From contig JAAOZP010000011.1 of the NCBI GenBank assembly GCA_011605725.1, positions 1-64,000 of the forward strand: a DNA stretch of 64,000 nt, read 5' to 3'. This DNA comes from Nitrososphaerota archaeon (GTDB lineage Archaea; Thermoproteota; EX4484-205; JAAOZP01). A program made the position numbers and the translations under genes. Positions 58,768 through 64,000 of the stretch are shown in pieces; the first letter of the stretch is position 1; each line of letters begins with the position of its first letter. The notes beneath the pieces were generated by a model that had not been told where the DNA came from, ran no database searches, and saw only the letters and a list, made by a program, of their open reading frames with translations.

Positions 58768-59184
58768 ATGGATGGGATAAATTACGGCATACTTGAAATG
58801 CTGAGGAGAAACGCAAGAACCCCTAAAACTAGGCTTGCACGGCACTTCGGTATAACTGAAACTGCAATAAGGAAGAGGATAAGGAAGTTGGAAGCAGAGA
58901 GAATCATAATTGGTTACCGTGCGATTATCGACTATAAGAGAGTAAACATGGTTTGTTCATTTACTGGAATCGATGTAAAGCCAGAATACTTAATGAGTGT
59001 GATGAGAAGTCTTAGAAACCTTAAGGTAGCGTCCCTCTTCTTAACTTCTGGAGATCACGATCTGGTTGCGGAAATAGTTTGCAAAGATATGGGTGAACTA
59101 GAAAAAATTCATGAACAGATTTTACGCTACGAGGGTGTTGAAAGAATTTGTCCCGCAATAGTTAATGAAGTCGTTGAATTGTAA
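58768..59184 (+). CDS. Lrp/AsnC family transcriptional regulator
   Basis: ILEMLRRNARTP...ETAIRKRIRKL; SGDHDL. Confidence 0.9.
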   Translation: MDGINYGILEMLRRNARTPKTRLARHFGITETAIRKRIRKLEAERIIIGYRAIIDYKRVNMVCSFTGIDVKPEYLMSVMRSLRNLKVASLFLTSGDHDLVAEIVCKDMGELEKIHEQILRYEGVERICPAIVNEVVEL

Positions 59185-59271
59185 ATATTTCAACTGTCTT
59201 ATACGGGATCAAATAAAAGCGACCCGCATGTTTTCACATTATCAGTACGTATTAAGGCATCTATAGGCTTA

Positions 59272-60243
59272 CTATATGCTCTTTGAAACCTGTCTCTCAA
59301 CTTTCTTCAAAACTTTGCTTGGAAGAACCATTCCGAGCTCTCTGAAAACGATCATTAACGCGCCTACGGTGGGGGAGTATGCCGGTTTTTTAACATTAAT
59401 CCTAACGCGTTTTTGCGAAAGATGCTTCAAGATGCTTCCGGCTAATATGTTCGAGTGATTCGAAAACATGCCGCCAACAAAGTAAACATTCAGCTCTTCA
59501 TCAGGATTTAGCTTCATCCTTCTAATTACAGCCAGCATGCCTCTCGAAAGAGACTCTGCCGCATCCTCAATTATGCTTCGAGCAACCCTGTCGCCCTTCT
59601 CAGCCTCCCTTCTCACAATCTTCGCGAAAAGCGCTATGCGTTCCCGCCTCATATCGTAGATACGTCTAGCCAGCTTCTCCATGCTTTCTGCTTTGAAGAA
59701 ACGCTTTGCCTCATCCTCAAGGCTTGTTTTCTCTCCTCTTCCATCGTAAGACTGAAACGCTGCCCTAAGACCCTCGATTGAAACAGGATAGGCTCCCCCC
59801 TCATCGTCCAGCATGTAGCCCCATCCTCCGGCTTTGAAGAACGATCCGTCTGAGACGCCCAGCACTACGGATCCTGTTCCAGCTATGACCACGACACCCT
59901 GCTTTTCAAACCCTAGGCAGGCCGCTGCAGCGGCTTCAACATCGCTTTTAATCATGATTCTCCTGGCTTTTATCTTTCCATGGAACAGTTTTGCAAGCCT
60001 TCCGCCCGCGGTCCAGGCTCCTGAAAGGCACAGGGCCACTGCTTCAGCCTCGTCATGCCCAAGCTTCCCTAATGCTCTGTTAAACGCATCCCTCACTGAG
60101 AACAGGGTTTTCTCGGGGCCTGCTGAAAGAATGTTCGAGGGTCCGGATTTGCACGCAGCTATACGCCAGCTGCCGGTTTCAACGGCAACGCACCTGGTTG
60201 TGCTCGCACCCCCGTCAACACCTGCAACAACTATACGTTTCAA
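59272..60243 (-). CDS. BadF/BadG-type N-acetylglucosamine/N-acetylmuramic acid kinase (MurK-like)
   Basis: GVDGGASTT, IAGTGS, GGWGYMLDDEGG. Confidence 0.85.
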   Translation of the reverse strand: MKRIVVAGVDGGASTTRCVAVETGSWRIAACKSGPSNILSAGPEKTLFSVRDAFNRALGKLGHDEAEAVALCLSGAWTAGGRLAKLFHGKIKARRIMIKSDVEAAAAACLGFEKQGVVVIAGTGSVVLGVSDGSFFKAGGWGYMLDDEGGAYPVSIEGLRAAFQSYDGRGEKTSLEDEAKRFFKAESMEKLARRIYDMRRERIALFAKIVRREAEKGDRVARSIIEDAAESLSRGMLAVIRRMKLNPDEELNVYFVGGMFSNHSNILAGSILKHLSQKRVRINVKKPAYSPTVGALMIVFRELGMVLPSKVLKKVERQVSKSI

Positions 60244-61388
60244 TCGTAGAGGAGAATCTTCCTTATTCTCGCTTTAAACCTTTTTTGCTCTTCCCTGAGC
60301 CTTAAAACTATTTCCTCAATCCTCGCCCCGCCTAAAATGCTTCTCCTAGTCTCACTGTCGCCTAGCAACCTGTCCATCTTTTCATGCTCAACCATAAACT
60401 CCTTGGAGTGGACTTCTAAAACGGATTGAACCACGTGCACCGCAACCTTGAAAGGCCTGACTCTCTTCGGGTCCACCACAACCAGGTGGACACCCCTGCA
60501 AACCTCGCCCCTATGCTTCGAAGAGAAGGGGATAAACCTGGTTTCCATGGGGCGACACTCTTTTCCAAGCCTCTTTTTCAAAATTGAAACAAGCTCCGCT
60601 GACTTGAGCCATGGGGCGCCGAAGACTTCGAAAGGCTTGTAGGTCCCCCTGCCTTCAGAAAGGTTTGTGGCTTCAAGCAGAACCATTCCCGAGTATAGTA
60701 ATGCGGTGGTTGGAGTTGGTATTGCGGGCGAGGGATGTATCCAGGGTAGGCCTGTTTCAGGATGATGCATCATCCTGCTCCATCCGGACATGGTTACCAC
60801 CTTAGGAGGCTTCAAATTCTTCTCGGAAGCGTAGAGAAGACCAAGCTCGCCAGGAGTCAAACCGTATCTGAGGGGAAGATAGTATGGTCCGACGAACGAT
60901 TCCAAACCCTTCTTTAACACTGGGCCCTCGACGGTAACTCCTCCTACTGGATTAGGCCTGTCGAGAATCATGAAGTCAACATCCTTCGCAGACGCCTCTT
61001 CCAAACAGTTCAGCATGGTTGATATGTAGGTGTAGGTTCTACACCCAACGTCTTGAATATCGTAAATGATTATGTCTAAGCCCTCAAGCATTTCCACGCT
61101 TGGCCTCCTCTGAGCGCCGTATAGGCTTTGGACCCTAACTCCTTTCAGAGGAAGTATTTCAGATTCCACCGGCTCACCGGCGCCGTAAGCCCCCCACAGC
61201 CCGTGTTCAGGCGTAAAGATGGTTTTAATCCGAATCCTCTTTCCAAGAAGCTGTAGGTAAGAAGGATCAAGGCTTCCAGTTACTGAAGTATGGTTTATGA
61301 TGAGCCCCACGTTTAGTCCACGCAGCTTTTCAACCAGCTTTTCACTATCTAGAAGAACATCAAGCCCCGGCTTAACCCTGCTTGCCAA
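60240..61388 (-). CDS. namZ: Exo-beta-N-acetylmuramidase NamZ (DUF1343)
   Basis: NHTS, PEHG, SLYG, DIQDVGCRTYTY, LDRPNP, TPGEL, SEGRGT. Confidence 0.9.
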   Translation of the reverse strand: MASRVKPGLDVLLDSEKLVEKLRGLNVGLIINHTSVTGSLDPSYLQLLGKRIRIKTIFTPEHGLWGAYGAGEPVESEILPLKGVRVQSLYGAQRRPSVEMLEGLDIIIYDIQDVGCRTYTYISTMLNCLEEASAKDVDFMILDRPNPVGGVTVEGPVLKKGLESFVGPYYLPLRYGLTPGELGLLYASEKNLKPPKVVTMSGWSRMMHHPETGLPWIHPSPAIPTPTTALLYSGMVLLEATNLSEGRGTYKPFEVFGAPWLKSAELVSILKKRLGKECRPMETRFIPFSSKHRGEVCRGVHLVVVDPKRVRPFKVAVHVVQSVLEVHSKEFMVEHEKMDRLLGDSETRRSILGGARIEEIVLRLREEQKRFKARIRKILLYD

Positions 61389-61389
61389 A

Positions 61390-62112
61390 CTACTCGCCCA
61401 GGAGGCTTTTCCTCCTTACTCTTTTAACACCCCAGTCTCCGAGCGTCATGAATGCTTCCGCGTATTGAAAGCCGACTTCAAGTCCTCTAATCCTTTTCAA
61501 GCAGGAATAGTAATCCACATAGTTAAACCCACTATACTTTCCAGAGGTAAAATCATACGTCTTAATTAAATCCACGTATTTTTCGAAAACACTGCTAACA
61601 TCTACATACACCTCCGGTTGAAAGCCCTGCGGGTCCTCCCAGTTCTCAGGATAGTAAAGCTCAGCCAGCCTGCTGTTCTTCCCCTCAGCCCTCTGCTCCC
61701 CGGTGAAGCGTTCGAAAGCCTGAATGGCGAGAAGATGACATGCAAGATGGTCAGGATGATAGCTTCCCTTCCAATGTATCAGGACTGCATCAGGCTTGAA
61801 CTCTAAAAGGCTTCTGTACATTTTCAGCTTGACTTCCTCAGCATCATAGGGCACGCCTTCCACACACCCTAGGAAACACACTTCAGCATTCAGCTTTCTT
61901 GCCGCTTCTAAAGCCTGTTTAACCCTTGTTTCAGCATACTCTTCAACCGAGACCCCCGGCGGCCTGGCCCATTTGCCTGACGGCTTGAACATGTGGAGTA
62001 TGAGACACCTCCCGCCTTCTTCAGCATTCCTCAGAATTGTTCCACCAGCTGTGATTTCAACATCTCCTGTGTGCGCGCTGAACGCGAGTATTTTAACACC
62101 CATTGCGGTCAC
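61390..62112 (-). CDS. PIG-L/LmbE family deacetylase
   Basis: SAHTGDVE, HPDH, ENWED, F.P..YVDV, YAEAF. Confidence 0.85.
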   Translation of the reverse strand: MTAMGVKILAFSAHTGDVEITAGGTILRNAEEGGRCLILHMFKPSGKWARPPGVSVEEYAETRVKQALEAARKLNAEVCFLGCVEGVPYDAEEVKLKMYRSLLEFKPDAVLIHWKGSYHPDHLACHLLAIQAFERFTGEQRAEGKNSRLAELYYPENWEDPQGFQPEVYVDVSSVFEKYVDLIKTYDFTSGKYSGFNYVDYYSCLKRIRGLEVGFQYAEAFMTLGDWGVKRVRRKSLLGE

Positions 62113-63029
62113 TCTCCTCCGATGCTCTTGGCGAAAACTGCGAATCTGCGGGTTTCAGACATTCCGTTCCTAATGTAGAAACTATAGTTTCTCCCACCGC
62201 CCCATGCAAGCCAAGCGTTTTTACCTCCGAGAGACTGAATTAGCCTTAAACACCTGTGAAACAGGACTGTCCCAACCCCCTTGTTCCTATGCTCCTCCGC
62301 GACTCCAAACGGGCCGAAATGCTCTATTAAGCCATCAGTCGCTATTTGACAGTAGCCAACTATCTCCCCGTTGCGTAAAGCCAGTGTAAACCAGTCGAGA
62401 CACCGAGGATATCTCTCCATAGTCCTCCTAGCGTCCTCATACCACCATGGGAACCTGGCTTTAAGAAAGAGGAGAAGCTCCAAAACATGTTCATCGTCAA
62501 GCTGCTGGAACGAATACCCTTCTGCCGTAAGCTTTTTCTCAAGTTCTAAAACCTCTCTTGGAGTAGTATACCCCATGAGCGACATGCTCATTGAAACAGA
62601 CTCCCTGTTTAACTCGCTGTAACCATTCTTAGTGAAAAAGCCTATAGCCCTAGAGTAAGCCTTAACGTCAACCCCGGGAACAAGGTATCTCGGGCCGCCT
62701 GAGAAGACTATTCGCCTGATTCCTTTCTTACTTAGTTTCTCCTCAATGGTTGCAAGCATTCTAGATCCGATTCCCCTGCGTCTGAAACCCTGTTTTACAC
62801 CAAGTATGTTGATGTAGCCTGTTTCACCCCTCGTCACGGAGTAAATGAATCCAACAACCTCTCCCTCGAGCTCGGAAACAATGCATAGCTCAGGATCATA
62901 ATTCTCTTGCAGGAGAACCCTGTACCTGAAGGATTCTTCGTTAAGCCTGTCTAGAGGCATTGCGTCATTGATGATTTCCAGAACAGGCTTGAGATCCCTG
63001 CCTTTAAAACTTCTTTCCTCCAGGTTCAA
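62109..63029 (-). CDS. Tandem GNAT N-acetyltransferase (GlmA-like amino-sugar acetyltransferase by context)
   Basis: Two acetyl-CoA motifs, RRRGIG and RNKGVG; YLVPGVD; HFGPFGV. Confidence 0.8.
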   Translation of the reverse strand: MNLEERSFKGRDLKPVLEIINDAMPLDRLNEESFRYRVLLQENYDPELCIVSELEGEVVGFIYSVTRGETGYINILGVKQGFRRRGIGSRMLATIEEKLSKKGIRRIVFSGGPRYLVPGVDVKAYSRAIGFFTKNGYSELNRESVSMSMSLMGYTTPREVLELEKKLTAEGYSFQQLDDEHVLELLLFLKARFPWWYEDARRTMERYPRCLDWFTLALRNGEIVGYCQIATDGLIEHFGPFGVAEEHRNKGVGTVLFHRCLRLIQSLGGKNAWLAWGGGRNYSFYIRNGMSETRRFAVFAKSIGGE

Positions 63030-63112
63030 CGAAAAACTTGTTCAGAATGGAGACATATAAGTGTTTCTTTCAAGCTTAAGATTTATCATCAAGCGGGTTA
63101 ACAGATAGCGGG

Positions 63113-64000
63113 TTGAAGACTGCCTCAAGACTGGAGAGGATAGACGCCGAGTTTGAAAAACTGTTAACGGAGCATAGGAATCCTAGTACGGTTAAAATCG
63201 ACAGGGTTAGTATACCTGAGGCTTTGAAAATGATAAACAGGGAGGATAAGAAAGTAGCGAAGGCTGTTGAACTCGAGATACCGAAGATAGCGAAGGCTGT
63301 TGAAACAGTTGTCAAAGCATTCAAGAAGGGTGGTAGACTGATATATGTGGGTGCAGGCACGAGCGGCAGAATAGGGGTTATAGATGCTGCCGAATGTCCA
63401 CCTACCTTCGGCACAAGTCCAAGAATGGTTCAGGCGCTGATAGCTGGTGGAAGAAGAGCAATGTTTAGAGCTGTTGAGGGTGCGGAGGACGATATGAAGG
63501 CAGGTGTTAAAGATGTTAAGCGTCTGAGGGTTTCTGAGAGAGATGTTGTCATAGGTTTGAGCGCCTCAGGCAGGGCTCCCTATGTGGCTGGTGCTCTTAA
63601 AGAGGCTAGGCGGAGGGGCGCTGGAACAATCGTTGTTGCAACAGTACCAAACCCTCGAATAGGGCAGTACGCTGACATAGTGATAACGCCCATAGTGGGG
63701 CCAGAGGCGATAGCTGGATCCACGAGAATGAAGGCCGGTACTGCGGAGAAAATGGTGCTAAACATGATTTCAACAGTATCCATGGTGAGAATCGGAAAGG
63801 TGTATACGAACCTGATGATAGACATTAAGCCTTTAAGCGTGAAGCTTAGGTCACGAGCCAGGAGGCTACTGCGTTTCTTTTCAGGAGTGTCGAGCGAGGA
63901 AGCTGAGGAAATATACAGGAGGAGCAAGTATGATTTGAAGGTTGCCCTAGTAATGGCTTTAGCAAGGGTTGGGGCCCGCGAGGCTAGAAGAGCTTTGAAG
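63113..64000 (+). CDS. murQ: N-acetylmuramic acid 6-phosphate etherase (3' end outside the window)
   Basis: Not in the track. From TTG 63113: TEHRNP...GAGTSGRIGVIDAAECPPTFG...EGAEDD...ASGRAPYV...GPEAIAGSTRMKAGTAEKMVLNM. Confidence 0.93.
   Translation, partial: MKTASRLERIDAEFEKLLTEHRNPSTVKIDRVSIPEALKMINREDKKVAKAVELEIPKIAKAVETVVKAFKKGGRLIYVGAGTSGRIGVIDAAECPPTFGTSPRMVQALIAGGRRAMFRAVEGAEDDMKAGVKDVKRLRVSERDVVIGLSASGRAPYVAGALKEARRRGAGTIVVATVPNPRIGQYADIVITPIVGPEAIAGSTRMKAGTAEKMVLNMISTVSMVRIGKVYTNLMIDIKPLSVKLRSRARRLLRFFSGVSSEEAEEIYRRSKYDLKVALVMALARVGAREARRALK

Noticed and set aside
63255-63305. Direct repeat TAGCGAAGGCTGTTGAA in murQ
   Set aside because: Encodes a repeated AKAVE helix segment; ordinary coding repeat.

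Overview
64 kb of an archaeal chromosome. Archaeal signs are TATA boxes about 25-30 nt before many starts, GGTGA RBSs, a PolB3-type polymerase, AlaX-M, GAPN and an archaeal Prx. A TACK-like lineage such as Brockarchaeota/Bathyarchaeia is my inference. Most of the window is metabolic, transport and surface-protein genes. Four regions stand out. (1) An AT-rich mosaic island (~20.8-27.6 kb) holds an apparently unannotated RiPP cluster: a 34-aa precursor missing from the ORF track (MKQEKRLEKPRIIPLKNKDTQ-WSNWSRWSK-DSLA, 23581-23685, minus), divergent from PqqD/RRE, radical SAM-SPASM, HExxH peptidase (fragment) and MFS genes. This looks like an archaeal triceptide/cyclophane-type system. (2) A short TAGCGCGCG-like purine-pyrimidine motif recurs at the island ends and exactly at several gene-truncation points, including the end of the rSAM gene. 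(3) An ATPase-less operon (9.4-19.3 kb) encodes two paralogous OPT-like membrane proteins, a 1597-aa degenerate-M28/FtsX-permease fusion and a GHL10 glycoside hydrolase. (4) A bacterial-type peptidoglycan salvage cluster (tandem GNAT, PIG-L, NamZ, MurK-like kinase, divergent MurQ) lies at the right end. I saw no rRNA, tRNA, CRISPR array, integrase or transposase. All family calls come from motif recognition by eye, not from database searches.
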